Origin: an uncultured delta proteobacterium
GTDB taxonomy: Bacteria; Desulfobacterota; Desulfobacteria; Desulfobacterales; Desulfosalsimonadaceae
Reading direction: 5' to 3'
NCBI GenBank assembly: GCA_963826785.1
Contig: CAWGYD010000006.1
Span: forward strand, 864,001-928,000
DNA: 64,000 bases
Part shown: in pieces, positions 41,509 to 51,450 of the stretch
Layout: the number at the start of each line of letters is the position of its first letter
Numbering within the stretch: the stretch's first letter is position 1
The notes under the pieces: model-generated
Databases searched by the model: none
What the model saw: only the letters and a program-made list of their open reading frames with translations
Told to the model about the DNA's origin: nothing
Program-made: the position numbers and the translations under genes

Positions 41509-42435
41509 TTACCGGTTCCCATCCGCCGCCGGGTTGGCGTAGCAGTAGAGGCAATCATGAAAGCAGGGCTGCCGGCCATAGGCGCCGATGTCCTTTGAAA
41601 CACTGCAGCCGCACCCCTGGGCCCTGCGCTGGCCGCCATCGCGTTTACAGGAGATATTTCCCCCGAAGAGCCTCTTCAGGTGCGGGCCGTCAATGCAGGC
41701 ACTGGCGGATATAGCGGCGCTTTCCGGCAGGGCGTCCATGACCTGGTTTTCACAGCAGGTCTGCAGGGTCATGCCGAGCCGCGACGTGACCGCCTCCATC
41801 TCCAAAAGGACGTTTACCTTCTCTTCAAGCGAAGGCGCGATGAACGAAAATTCGGGATACGGTTTCGGCCTCCTTTTGACCTTGCCATAAAAATCCATGA
41901 AACTGGTGATGCAGCGCCGTACACCGTATTCGGCCAAGGTGTGGGCAATCAATGAAAACTGGAGCAGATTCGAGGCGATCGATCCGTCGGGGAGGGTGAA
42001 AAAGCAGATGGGATCAAACCGCCAGCATACCGTATCGGCACCGAACCGGCCGCACAGGTCCGCGGCCCGGGCCAGGCGATGGGACAACGTCGGAAGGTTG
42101 GGTTCCAGATATTGAGATTCCGAATTGAGGGTGTAGCCAAAGTAGAGATGATACCCCATTTCCAGAAGCATTTCACCGTATCCGCCCGCCAGGAACCGGG
42201 AAAAATCCTTGGACCAGAACACGATGACATCCACCTGGTCCGGGCCGGCTTCGACCGTGAAAATCTTGCGGTTGTAAGGATTTTCGACTTCAAAATACCC
42301 GCGCCGGATCGCCTCCATGAAGGCGTCCATGTAAAAGGCGGGAATGTCGGTCCGGCGGGATGCTGAAAGGACCACTTTTTCTGATTTTACCGGCATCTGG
42401 CGAAGCGGAAGCGTTTGCTGACGGAAAGAGGACAT
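41509..42435 (-). CDS. DUF1848-family protein
   Basis: SASRRTDIPAFY, WRFDPI, CGCSVSKDIGAY...CFHDCLYCYAN. Confidence 0.88.
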   Translation of the reverse strand: MSSFRQQTLPLRQMPVKSEKVVLSASRRTDIPAFYMDAFMEAIRRGYFEVENPYNRKIFTVEAGPDQVDVIVFWSKDFSRFLAGGYGEMLLEMGYHLYFGYTLNSESQYLEPNLPTLSHRLARAADLCGRFGADTVCWRFDPICFFTLPDGSIASNLLQFSLIAHTLAEYGVRRCITSFMDFYGKVKRRPKPYPEFSFIAPSLEEKVNVLLEMEAVTSRLGMTLQTCCENQVMDALPESAAISASACIDGPHLKRLFGGNISCKRDGGQRRAQGCGCSVSKDIGAYGRQPCFHDCLYCYANPAADGNR

Positions 42436-42782
42436 TACTTTCTGGGTTTTAAATCCGTAAACGACAACACCTTGGCGCCGTCGGTCTTTGGGGTGTTTTT
42501 TGCTTTTTTTTGCTTTTCTATTTCTTCCGGGGCTTCAGGAATTTCTTCTGCGGGGGCCACCACTTTTTCCAGCCGCATCGCCTTGCCCCCCATGGTAAAT
42601 GGTTCCCCCCCGATATAGACATCCCGCAATATCCAGGTAACCGTCTGCAGGGGGATCTGGAGAAGCAGCAGCCGGACCTGGTACCAGTCTTTCTTCACAT
42701 CCGGTGAGATATCCTCGATGCGGGCAAAGGTCATGGGCTGTTCTTCGAAATAAATTAAGATAATATCATTGATCTGGGCCAT
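42435..42782 (-). CDS. Hypothetical protein
   Basis: Co-oriented ORF whose stop overlaps the DUF1848 start (MAQINDIILIYFE...). Confidence 0.8.
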   Translation of the reverse strand: MAQINDIILIYFEEQPMTFARIEDISPDVKKDWYQVRLLLLQIPLQTVTWILRDVYIGGEPFTMGGKAMRLEKVVAPAEEIPEAPEEIEKQKKAKNTPKTDGAKVLSFTDLKPRK

Positions 42783-42824
42783 ATTTTCACCATGATACAA
42801 AAATAAGAAGACAGGGGTCGGTTT

Positions 42825-43547
42825 TCAATCATTGATTTTCGGAAAAACCAAGGTTCGCAGCCATCCGATGAATGTGTTGTGCAAAAGATTGCTCCGATCG
42901 ATGGCATCGATGTCTTTTTTCAGCCGGTCCGGGTCGGCAAACCAGTCGGAGCGCCTGCGCATGGGCATGTCCGGGTCCAGATGCCTGACCACCCGGGCGG
43001 GATTCCCTGCGGCCACGGTATTGGGCGGCACCGGGTGGAGCACCACGGAACCGGCGCCGATAATGCTGTTTTCCCCGATGGTGACCCCCTTGCAGATGGT
43101 GGCGTGATCCCCGATCCAGGCATTGTCGCCGATATGGACCGGCTCCGGGATGCCCATGGACCATACCCGGTCGTAAATGCCATGCCAGTCGGTATCGGTA
43201 ATGTAGGCGCCCCCGGCGATCATGCAATTGTCGCCGATGCGGATCTCTTCTGCGGAACTGATCCGCACTCCCGGGCAGATCAGGCAGTAGTCGCCCATGG
43301 TGATGCGCCCGTGTCCCTCTTTTTCTGCCCACACGGTCAGCCGGATCTTGTTTTCTCCCGTGGTGATCATGTTGGCGAATTTGCCGATGCGGATGGGGCC
43401 ACCGAAGACCTTCACGTTCCATGGCCCCAGAATGGTGTGTCCAGGCCCAAGCGCGTCAAACTGGGGTTTTAAAAAATGGCGGGCGTATAATGCCTGAAGG
43501 CGGATATGGGCTTTTTTGAGGTAATAGGGGCGATGATCTCTTCTCAA
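42825..43547 (-). CDS. Hexapeptide-repeat acyltransferase
   Basis: IGDNCMI, DTDWH, IGDNAWIG, IGAGSVV, AGNPAR. Confidence 0.9.
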   Translation of the reverse strand: MRRDHRPYYLKKAHIRLQALYARHFLKPQFDALGPGHTILGPWNVKVFGGPIRIGKFANMITTGENKIRLTVWAEKEGHGRITMGDYCLICPGVRISSAEEIRIGDNCMIAGGAYITDTDWHGIYDRVWSMGIPEPVHIGDNAWIGDHATICKGVTIGENSIIGAGSVVLHPVPPNTVAAGNPARVVRHLDPDMPMRRRSDWFADPDRLKKDIDAIDRSNLLHNTFIGWLRTLVFPKIND

Positions 43548-44607
43548 TCAGACCTGCCTCGGGTGATTGCCGGCGCGAATTCAAAGGTTTCCCAGAACCG
43601 GTGTGAAAAAAGGACGGACGCGGGAGAAAGGCCGTACAGGGCGTCAGCTGCCATGATCACTACGCCGTTGGTCCAGGTGATCTTATCCTCGGGCCAGATG
43701 ACCATGTCCGGAAAGGTGAAACCGCACCAGTAGGAGCCGTCCTCGAATTTGCGCTCGCTGATCCAGTTGAACATGATTTCGGCGATTCCATGGTTGTCCA
43801 TGCCGGCCAGCGCTAAAATCAACTCCGAGGTTTCCGCGATGGTGACCCAGGGGCGATCGGAAACGCACAGGACGCCCATTTCCTCCACGATGAATTTTTT
43901 CCAGTGCTGATCGATCCGCTTGCGGGCGCCGGCCCCGGTGAGGGCGCCGGAAAGCACCGGATAGAACCAGTCCATGGAAAAGCGGGATTTGGTCATGTTG
44001 AAGCGGTGATATCCGTTCCGAATGGCATCCCCCAGCCGAATCAGTGCCGATTTCCATTCCGGCCTGTTTTCGTCCAGGATCTGCGCCATGGCCAGGCCGC
44101 ACTTGAGGCTCATGAACACCGAACTGGAACCGGTCAGCAGGGCCATGTGGTCGATTTTTAAATCCGGGCTCTTGGCCCAGTAGATCTCCCCGGTGGGGGA
44201 CTGCATGTCCACGGCGAAATCCAGGGCCGCGCAGACGCATCCCCACATGTTCTTCAAAAAAGAAAGATCGCGTGTGATCAGGTAGTAATGGAACACGCCG
44301 ACGGCGATATAGGTGGAAATATTGGTATCCCGGGTCGGATCCAATACGTCTCCCTCCAGGTAGGCGGAATACCAGCTACCGTCTTCCAGCTGCATCCCGG
44401 CCAGCCATTCATAGGCGCGGCGGGCTTCTTCGAGGTAGCCGCCGATGGACAGGCCCATGGCCGCTTCCACGTGGTCCCAGGGATCGGTCTTTCCCCCCGT
44501 GACCAGGGAATTTCGCCGCTGGCCTTCTGGATATCGGCAATCGATCGGGCAATTACATCAATATCAAATGAAATTTGGTGCTTTTTCCGGGGAACCTCCA
44601 GATTCAT
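43544..44607 (-). pseudogene. Prenyltransferase-like (alpha/alpha)-barrel protein with a 1-bp frameshift in a G6 tract (44493..44498)
   Basis: One extra G joins IPWSRG to GKTDPWDHVEAAMGL; QLEDGSW and FSMDWFYPVL downstream. Confidence 0.75.
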
Positions 44608-44779
44608 GAGCGTCTCTTTCCTTCTCCAGTCCTATCAGCCCCAACAGCGTCCCCAGCAATGGTGCCGGAGCAGCCTTTATTATAAAAAATGATTAATATG
44701 CCAGAAAATTCAAGAAGGATCAACAGGTTTTGGCAATCCGTCAGCAATCGGCCGGCACTTCGCCGGCAAGAAAAGATGC

Positions 44780-44808
44780 TTGACTGTATCGGCTAAGCGA
44801 CTTAGTTT
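44780..44808 (+). promoter_or_regulatory. Putative sigma-70 promoter for cooC
   Basis: TTGACT-17-TAGTTT. Confidence 0.45.
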
Positions 44809-44857
44809 CTCTTGATTGTTTCAAAATCACACTTTTAGGAAAGGAGTCATCGATCAC

Positions 44858-45607
44858 ATGGCATATACGATTGCACTGGCGGGAAAGGGCGGCACCGGGA
44901 AGACCACCCTGGCCGGACTGCTGATTAAATATCTGACCCGGAAGGGGAAAACCCCTATTCTGGCGGTGGATGCGGATTCAAATTTTAATTTAAACGAAGT
45001 GCTGGGACTTGAGGTGACCGATACCCTGGGCCAGGCCCGTGAGGACATGAAAAAAGGGGTGGTGCCCAGCGGCATGACCAAGGACGTGTTCATGTCCATG
45101 CGGATGGAAGAAGCGGTCATGGAAAGCGGTGACTACGACCTGATCGTCATGGGGCAGCCGGAAGGGGCGGGCTGTTATTGCGCGGCCAACACCCTGCTGA
45201 CCAACAACCTGGAGAAGCTTTCGGAGAATTACCCCTACATCGTCATGGACAACGAAGCCGGCATGGAGCATATCAGCCGGCTGACCACCAAGAACGTGGA
45301 TGTGCTGCTGATCGTCACGGACCCGTCCCGGCGGGGTCTGCAGGCGGCCCTGCGGATTCACAAGCTGGCCCAGGAGTTGCGCATCGGCGTGGTCAAAAGC
45401 TGCCTGATCATCAACCAGGCCAAAAATGGTGTGCCCGAGGATGTCAAGGCCATGATTGCAGACAGCGGCATCGAGTTTGCCGGAACCGTGCCCGAAGACG
45501 AAACCGTGTATGAATACGATTTTTCAGGCAAGCCCACGGTCACCATGCCCGAGGAGAGCAAAGCGGTCCGGGCGGCATTCGGCATATTCGACCAGATTAT
45601 TGCATAA
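44858..45607 (+). CDS. cooC: CO dehydrogenase/acetyl-CoA synthase nickel-insertion ATPase (CooC/AcsF)
   Basis: GKGGTGKTT, VDAD, GCYC, DNEAGMEH. Confidence 0.9.
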   Translation: MAYTIALAGKGGTGKTTLAGLLIKYLTRKGKTPILAVDADSNFNLNEVLGLEVTDTLGQAREDMKKGVVPSGMTKDVFMSMRMEEAVMESGDYDLIVMGQPEGAGCYCAANTLLTNNLEKLSENYPYIVMDNEAGMEHISRLTTKNVDVLLIVTDPSRRGLQAALRIHKLAQELRIGVVKSCLIINQAKNGVPEDVKAMIADSGIEFAGTVPEDETVYEYDFSGKPTVTMPEESKAVRAAFGIFDQIIA

Positions 45608-45634
45608 GGCCTTCACCGCAGGTGTCTGCGTTAC

Positions 45635-46456
45635 ATGATATCCCCGTATAATCGTCTCCATATCTACTATCTCAAGGGCCGGATCAAACCGGGAGGACCG
45701 GCCCCGGGGCCGGATTTCATCGGCAACTGGGAAGAAGGGGATACTTCTTTCCTTTTTTTCAAAAGCCCCGCCCGGCCCCAGGTGGAAGCCATCCTGTCGA
45801 GCCAGCCCCATCTTGAACTCACAGACGTCTATGAAATGTCATATGACGACTGGCACGGCGCGCCGCTGACGCCGATGTCTGCAGGGCGGTTTCTGATCGT
45901 TCCGCCCTGGATGGATCCGGATCTGATCCCGGGGCCATCTGAAATCAGGATCACGCTGGACCCGGGGGTGGTGTTCGGTGCCGGCAATCATCCCACCACC
46001 TGCGACTGCCTGTTCGCCATCGAATTGATCGCGGGCCGGCATCCGGTGGGCTCGGCGCTGGACCTGGGAACCGGCACCGGGGTCCTGGCCCTTGCCGCGG
46101 CCAAAATGGGAAGCCGCCGGAACCTGGCCGTGGACAGCAATTTCCTGGCGGCGAAAACCGCCGCGAAAAATATATCCCGGAATCATCTTGATGGCAAGGT
46201 ACTGGCCTGCTGCGGATTGGCCGAGGATTTTATGGATATCCGGGCGGACCTGCTGATCGCAAACATCCATTTCGATGTGATGCGGCGTTTGGTGGCGCAT
46301 CCCGGCTTTCTCGAGAAAAAATGGTTCATCCTGTCCGGTATGCTGAGCAAAGAGGCCATGCAGATCGAAAAAATGTGCTCCCGCCTGCCGGTCTCCATCA
46401 TTGAAAAGCGGGTAAAGGACGGCATCTGGCACACCTTCTGCGGATCGATTGGGTAA
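45635..46456 (+). CDS. PrmA-like (L11 methyltransferase family) SAM methyltransferase
   Basis: VPPW, LDPGVVFGAGNHPTT, DLGTGTGVL, ANI. Confidence 0.85.
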   Translation: MISPYNRLHIYYLKGRIKPGGPAPGPDFIGNWEEGDTSFLFFKSPARPQVEAILSSQPHLELTDVYEMSYDDWHGAPLTPMSAGRFLIVPPWMDPDLIPGPSEIRITLDPGVVFGAGNHPTTCDCLFAIELIAGRHPVGSALDLGTGTGVLALAAAKMGSRRNLAVDSNFLAAKTAAKNISRNHLDGKVLACCGLAEDFMDIRADLLIANIHFDVMRRLVAHPGFLEKKWFILSGMLSKEAMQIEKMCSRLPVSIIEKRVKDGIWHTFCGSIG

Positions 46457-46554
46457 ACAGACCATCATGATTCAATCCCGGTTGATCATATGCCGGGAAG
46501 AAAACAGGAAAGAAGCCCTCAGGATCAATGACTTGAAAAGGTTGTAAACAGCCG

Positions 46555-48096
46555 ATGGAAAACCGAGCTTTCCCCGGATGGGTCATTCCCGTATGCATGA
46601 CACCGCCGTCTTTGGGCGACAACCGGGCAGACGCCGACCGTCTGGCCGCCGCCCTGAAATCAGCGCTCACCACCGATGCCGTGGAGATCGACCTGCCCCT
46701 GCTGCGTTGTCTTTCCGGTTTGCTCCGGCAATATGATTATAAGGTCCGGTGTGTCTGCCTGAAAGCCCAGGGCCGCTGGCGATTGACCGGGCTTGCCCCC
46801 GTAGACAGCGCTTTGGCATTGGCCGGCGTGGCCATCGATCTGGGGACCACCCGGGTGGTGCTTCGGCTCATCGATCTGGAAACAGGAGAAGAATTGGCCG
46901 AAACCGCCATGGACAACCCCCAGATCGCCATCGGCCCGGATGTTCTGGAACGGATCCATTTCGCGGACAGGAAAGCGGGTCTGGATACCCTTCACCGCCT
47001 GGTGATCGATGGCCTGAATCGGCAAATTCGCCACTTGTGCGAAACCGCCGGAATAAAGCCGTCTGACGTGCACCTGCTGGCCCTGGCCGGAAACACCAGC
47101 ATGACCCACCTGTTTCTGGGCCTTCCCCCCGGCGGCATCATCCGGGAGCCCTACATCCCGGCGGCAAATACTTTTGCACCCATCCGGGCCGCCGAACTGG
47201 GCCTGGCTGCGGGCGAACATGCCCGGGTTTTCGTGTTTCCCAACGTGGGAAGCTATTTCGGCGGGGACCTCATCTCGGGCATCCTCTATTCGGGCCTGCA
47301 CCGAAGAGAAGAGATCGCCATGCTGGTGGATGTGGGCACCAACGCCGAGGTGCTGCTGGGCAACCGGGACTGGCTGGTGGCCTGCGCGGGCGCCGCCGGT
47401 CCGGCCCTGGAAGGGGGCGTGTCCGACATCGGCATGACGGCAAAGCCGGGGGTCATCGACCGGGTGGATATCGATTCTAACGGTGAACTGGCCTTTCATG
47501 CCATAGGGGAGCAAAAGCCGGTGGGCATCTGCGGTTCCGGCATGATCGACCTGGCCGCCCAGCTGTTTGTATCCGGCAGGATCGATATCCGGGGCCGCCT
47601 GGTGCCGGAAAAATGCGGCCATCGGCTGAAGGAAGAAGAGGGGATGCGCGGGATCATCATCGTTCCCGGTGCTCAGTCCGCGACCGGCCGGGACCTGTCC
47701 ATCAGCCAGGCAGACATCGACAGCCTGGTGCGCTCCAAGGCCGCCATGTACACCATCCTGGAGACCATCACCGCTTACGTCGGGGTGGGCTTCACCGATC
47801 TTTCCGTGTTTTACGTGGCCGGCACCTTCGGATCCTTTATCCGGCCCCGGTCCGCCATCACCATCGGCATGATCCCGGACCTGCCGGAGCGTTGTTTTCA
47901 AGTGCTGGGCAACAGTTCCCTGGGCGGCGCGAGCCTTCTGCTCAAACAAAGGGGGGCCATGGATGAGATCGAGGCCATCCGCGACCGGATCACCTACCTG
48001 GAGTTAAACGTCAACCAGGAATTCATGAACCGGTTCAGCGCCGCCAAATTCATCCCCCACACAGACCCGTCCCTGTTTCCTTCCGTTCATTTTTGA
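46555..48096 (+). CDS. ASKHA-domain corrinoid reductive activator (RACo/AcsV, DUF4445 family)
   Basis: DLGTT, AGNTSMTHL, DVGTNAE, AAGPALEG, GICGSG, AGTFG, GNSSLGG. Confidence 0.88.
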   Translation: MENRAFPGWVIPVCMTPPSLGDNRADADRLAAALKSALTTDAVEIDLPLLRCLSGLLRQYDYKVRCVCLKAQGRWRLTGLAPVDSALALAGVAIDLGTTRVVLRLIDLETGEELAETAMDNPQIAIGPDVLERIHFADRKAGLDTLHRLVIDGLNRQIRHLCETAGIKPSDVHLLALAGNTSMTHLFLGLPPGGIIREPYIPAANTFAPIRAAELGLAAGEHARVFVFPNVGSYFGGDLISGILYSGLHRREEIAMLVDVGTNAEVLLGNRDWLVACAGAAGPALEGGVSDIGMTAKPGVIDRVDIDSNGELAFHAIGEQKPVGICGSGMIDLAAQLFVSGRIDIRGRLVPEKCGHRLKEEEGMRGIIIVPGAQSATGRDLSISQADIDSLVRSKAAMYTILETITAYVGVGFTDLSVFYVAGTFGSFIRPRSAITIGMIPDLPERCFQVLGNSSLGGASLLLKQRGAMDEIEAIRDRITYLELNVNQEFMNRFSAAKFIPHTDPSLFPSVHF

Positions 48097-48212
48097 TCCC
48101 GGATTAACCCGTATATCTGAATAACCATCCCGCCACAGAGTTGCGAATCCCGAAAGAATGCCCCATCTATTTTTATAAGCCCGTCCAATTCAATATCATA
48201 AGAGGATAATTC

Positions 48213-49805
48213 GTGCGCGATCAACTCAACGCGGTTTTTGCCGTGCTGACTGAAGCGGTGATGGTCTATTCCCGTGAGGGCCATCCCCTGCTGATCAATA
48301 AGGCCGCTGAAGCGCTTTTCGGGGCCGATGCCGCAGAAATGTCCGGAATCGATCTGTTCCACTTGACCAATGCCGGTAAAAAGCCGGTGCAAGGTGACCG
48401 GTCTGTTTTTGAACGGGTGCTCGAAGGTGAAGCGGTTGCAGATGAACCGTTTCATGTAGATCCAGTCGGAGGCGATGTCCGCAAGGTCAGGATTACCGCC
48501 ATACCGTTGATGAAGGAGGGGGAGATTGCCGGCGTGGCAATCGTTGCCCGGGACCGGACAAAACATGACCTTTTGATCAAAAACCTTGAAAAAGAACAAG
48601 CGGCGCTCAAGGCCGTAATTGAAAATGCGCCCGAAGCCATCGTGGTCACCGATGATCAATGCCGGATTATTATGACCAACCCTGCCGCCGAGAAGATCTG
48701 CGGCCGCTGCGCCGCAGACGGACGGGGGTCGTTTTACCGGCAATTCAAGAGGCGTTATCTGGAGCCCGACTCCCCGGATCCATTGGAACTGCCGCTGAAC
48801 CGGGCCGTATTTAACGGAGAGATCATCACCAATCATGAAATGGCCACCGTGCTCCCCGACGGACGGATCAGATATATTCGGGTCAACGCCGCCCCCATCC
48901 GGAATCCCGATGATGAGATCACCGGTGCGGTGGGCATTTTTCAGGATATCACCCAGCGCAAAAAGGAAAAGCTCGAACTTCAGCACGCCCGCATTGGACT
49001 GGAAAAACAGGTGGAAGGCCGGACTGCCGAACTGTCGGCCGGTATTGAGGCGCTGAAAACCGAAATCCGGGAGCGCGGCCGCATCGAATCCGAATTGATC
49101 TGCTCCCAGGAGAAACTGCGGAAAATGTCTCAGCAGATGCTCGAATCCATGGAAGCGGATCGGCGGCAGGTGGCCAAAGAGATTCATGACAGCATCGGGG
49201 CGAGCCTGTCGGCCATCAAATTCGGCCTGGAAGCCAAGCTGGCCAAAATGGCCCCGGAGCCCCCTGACAATCTCTTTTCCCTGGAAAACATCATTGCCAA
49301 CCTGAAGCAGACCATCAAGGAAACCAAGCAGGTATCGGCATTTTTGCGGCCCACCATGCTTGATGAACTGGGATTGATGGCCACCCTCCAGTGGTTTTGC
49401 CGCGAGTTTCAGTCCATCTACCAGAACATCCGTATCGAGCAGCAGGTGGACATCGGCGAAAAAGAGATCCCGGATTCCATCAAAATCGTAATTTACCGCA
49501 TCCTCCAGGAAACCATGAACAACGCCGCCAAGCATGCCCGTCCGGACCGGATTTATTTTTCCCTGCGCAACCGCAACGGCAGCATCGAATTGTTCATCGA
49601 AGACAACGGCGTCGGATTCGATCCTGGAAAAAGGATGAAAGTAATCGATCCCATGAGCGGCCACGGCATCATCGGCATGCGGGACCGGGCGGAAATCTGC
49701 GGTGGTTCCTTCGAACTTCATTCCGCGCCCCGGTCCGGCACCCGCATCCGGGTGCTGCTTCCCACGGACACGCCGGAACCCGGGCAAGCGCCGGCCGCTA
49801 TTTAA
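48213..49805 (+). CDS. Cytoplasmic two-PAS sensor histidine kinase (HisKA_3)
   Basis: Two PAS repeats; EIHDSIGASL, LRPTMLDELGL, NAAKHA, DNGVGF. Confidence 0.92.
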   Translation: MRDQLNAVFAVLTEAVMVYSREGHPLLINKAAEALFGADAAEMSGIDLFHLTNAGKKPVQGDRSVFERVLEGEAVADEPFHVDPVGGDVRKVRITAIPLMKEGEIAGVAIVARDRTKHDLLIKNLEKEQAALKAVIENAPEAIVVTDDQCRIIMTNPAAEKICGRCAADGRGSFYRQFKRRYLEPDSPDPLELPLNRAVFNGEIITNHEMATVLPDGRIRYIRVNAAPIRNPDDEITGAVGIFQDITQRKKEKLELQHARIGLEKQVEGRTAELSAGIEALKTEIRERGRIESELICSQEKLRKMSQQMLESMEADRRQVAKEIHDSIGASLSAIKFGLEAKLAKMAPEPPDNLFSLENIIANLKQTIKETKQVSAFLRPTMLDELGLMATLQWFCREFQSIYQNIRIEQQVDIGEKEIPDSIKIVIYRILQETMNNAAKHARPDRIYFSLRNRNGSIELFIEDNGVGFDPGKRMKVIDPMSGHGIIGMRDRAEICGGSFELHSAPRSGTRIRVLLPTDTPEPGQAPAAI

Positions 49806-49862
49806 GGATGATGACGCCCTGATGTCAGTAGCGGCTGAAATAGATTCCGTAAACGATCAAAA

Positions 49863-49903
49863 TGGGGGGTATCCCCCATTTCAAGCCAACGGGGAAATTC
49901 CTA
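49863..49903. promoter_or_regulatory. Tandem palindromic boxes TGGGGG-GTAT-CCCCCA and AACGGG-GAAA-TTCCTA
   Basis: First box is a perfect 9-bp-arm inverted repeat when flanks are included (AAATGGGGG/CCCCCATTT); 43-68 nt upstream of the ATG at 49947. Confidence 0.6.
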
Positions 49904-49946
49904 TAGTAGAAGGATCTAAGGTGAACATAACGAAAGGAGACGGACC

Positions 49947-50255
49947 ATGTCGATGCCCAAGGATGAAGCGCAGCAGGAAATGCTGGAAGCGTGGCGGAAT
50001 TATTTGAATGGACTGGAAAATTCACTGAACTGGCTGGATGGACAGGTCAAGGAAGCTTCTGAAATGGCCGGCATCTGCACCGACGAATGGTGCGAGGCCA
50101 CAGAGCATGTGATCGACGACCTGGCCAACGCGCTCTTTTCCATCAGTGAACCGCGGTTCTCCACCAAGGAGGATGAGCAGCGGATCAAGAAGCTCAAAAG
50201 AAGGGTTTATGACCTGTATGCCGATTATCGGCAGGTGTATCAGAAGACGGGATAG
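49947..50255 (+). CDS. Small helical hypothetical protein with CTDEWC motif
   Basis: RBS AAAGGAG; own terminator downstream. Confidence 0.85.
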   Translation: MSMPKDEAQQEMLEAWRNYLNGLENSLNWLDGQVKEASEMAGICTDEWCEATEHVIDDLANALFSISEPRFSTKEDEQRIKKLKRRVYDLYADYRQVYQKTG

Positions 50256-50282
50256 AACAAAACAGGCAAAAGAGGCAGTATC

Positions 50283-50321
50283 AAACGAAAAGAACGCCGC
50301 AGTCGGGCGTTCTTTTCGTTT
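50283..50321. terminator. Bidirectional terminator
   Basis: aaacgaaaagaacgcc / ggcgttcttttcgttt, 16-bp perfect stem between convergent genes. Confidence 0.85.
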
Positions 50322-50455
50322 ATAATTTATGAAAGGTTGCTTTGCAGCGCCTTGATGAAAGACGCAGATTTGAATTCAACCCAAGTTTTGCTATGATTTT
50401 TTTCGACCGCAGCTGCAGCGGCTCGAAAAACCATGTGGGATCAACAAAACATTCA

Positions 50456-51112
50456 CTACTTGTGGACCAGGCCCTGCTCGATGGCAAACGCGGTCAGGGA
50501 GGCCGCGCTGTGGAGATTGAGTTTGCTCATGATATTGGCCCGGTGCTTTTCCACGGTCTTGATACTGATGTTGAGCAGGTCTGCAATTTCCTTGTTCAGG
50601 TAGCCTTCGGCCAGGAGTTTGAGCACCTCGCGTTCCCGCTGGGTAATGGTGTCCCAGGAGGAGCGGGTCTTCAAGTGTTTGCGCCCTTCCAGGTATCCTT
50701 CCATGACATTGTCGGCCACCCCCGGGCTGATGTATGTTTTTCCATTCAACACGCTGTTGATGGCGATCAGCAGCTCTTCCCGGCTGGCATCCTTGATGCA
50801 GTAACCGTTGACACCTGCCTCGAAGGCTTCCAGCACGTACTGATCCGATTCATGAATCGTCAGCGCCAGGATCATAATGTCCGGATGAATCCGCCTGGCT
50901 TCCTTGATGACGCTGATGCCGCTCAGTCGCGGCATGGAAAGGTCGAGAAGCAATAAATCGGGAGGGCTTTTCTTGATAATTTCCAGGGCCGCCAGGCCGT
51001 CATTGGCTTCCCCGATCATCTTCAGGTCGCTTCGGTCTGCCAGCATGGCTTTAAGGCCTTCCCGAAACAACTGATGGTCCTCGGCGATCACCACTTTTTT
51101 AACTGACTCCAT
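50456..51112 (-). CDS. NarL/FixJ-family response regulator
   Basis: IAEDH, LLDLSMP, GYCIK; LuxR HTH ITQREREVL...KTVEKHR. Confidence 0.95.
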   Translation of the reverse strand: MESVKKVVIAEDHQLFREGLKAMLADRSDLKMIGEANDGLAALEIIKKSPPDLLLLDLSMPRLSGISVIKEARRIHPDIMILALTIHESDQYVLEAFEAGVNGYCIKDASREELLIAINSVLNGKTYISPGVADNVMEGYLEGRKHLKTRSSWDTITQREREVLKLLAEGYLNKEIADLLNISIKTVEKHRANIMSKLNLHSAASLTAFAIEQGLVHK

Positions 51113-51396
51113 CAATTTCTTCCCCTCTTTGGAAAAAAATCACTGTAATATATGACGAATCTGTTCATGCGTGAACACGATCCCCTGCGTCAGAACCGTC
51201 GGATATGTACCATGTATTGCCTTAGTTAAATAAAATAACAAACGAATTTAACTATAGCAAGTAAATACTTTTTTTACCTAATAAATTTAGATTCTTGTCT
51301 GCAAACGAAGAGATTTTTTATGTCGCATGAGATCTATCGGATGCGTTTAGCAGCCCGGCGCTTGTCAGCGGGGTGCCGCTTTTGGGAATCCAAAAT

Positions 51397-51431
51397 AAAA
51401 AAGACCGGCTCCTGTTCATCAGGAGCCGGTC
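51397..51431 (-). terminator. Rho-independent terminator of the sigma factor gene
   Basis: gaccggctcctg / caggagccggtc stem with an A-tract on + (U-tract on -). Confidence 0.85.
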
Positions 51432-51450
51432 ATGTAGCGGCAATGGGATA

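Noticed and set aside
44731..44746. GG-N10-GC (TGGCAATCCGTCAGCA) upstream of cooC
   Set aside because: The -12 element lacks TT, and a better sigma-70 candidate lies downstream.
44942..44957. Good palindrome match AAGGGG-AAAA-CCCCTA inside cooC
   Set aside because: It lies in coding sequence (K-G-K-T-P) and is explained by codons. Kept only as a caveat on motif specificity.
48087..49787. Long antisense ORFs (this 566-aa one; also 46660..47949, 61109..62350, 23792..25003)
   Set aside because: Shadow ORFs of well-supported genes in GC-rich DNA, with no recognisable motifs.
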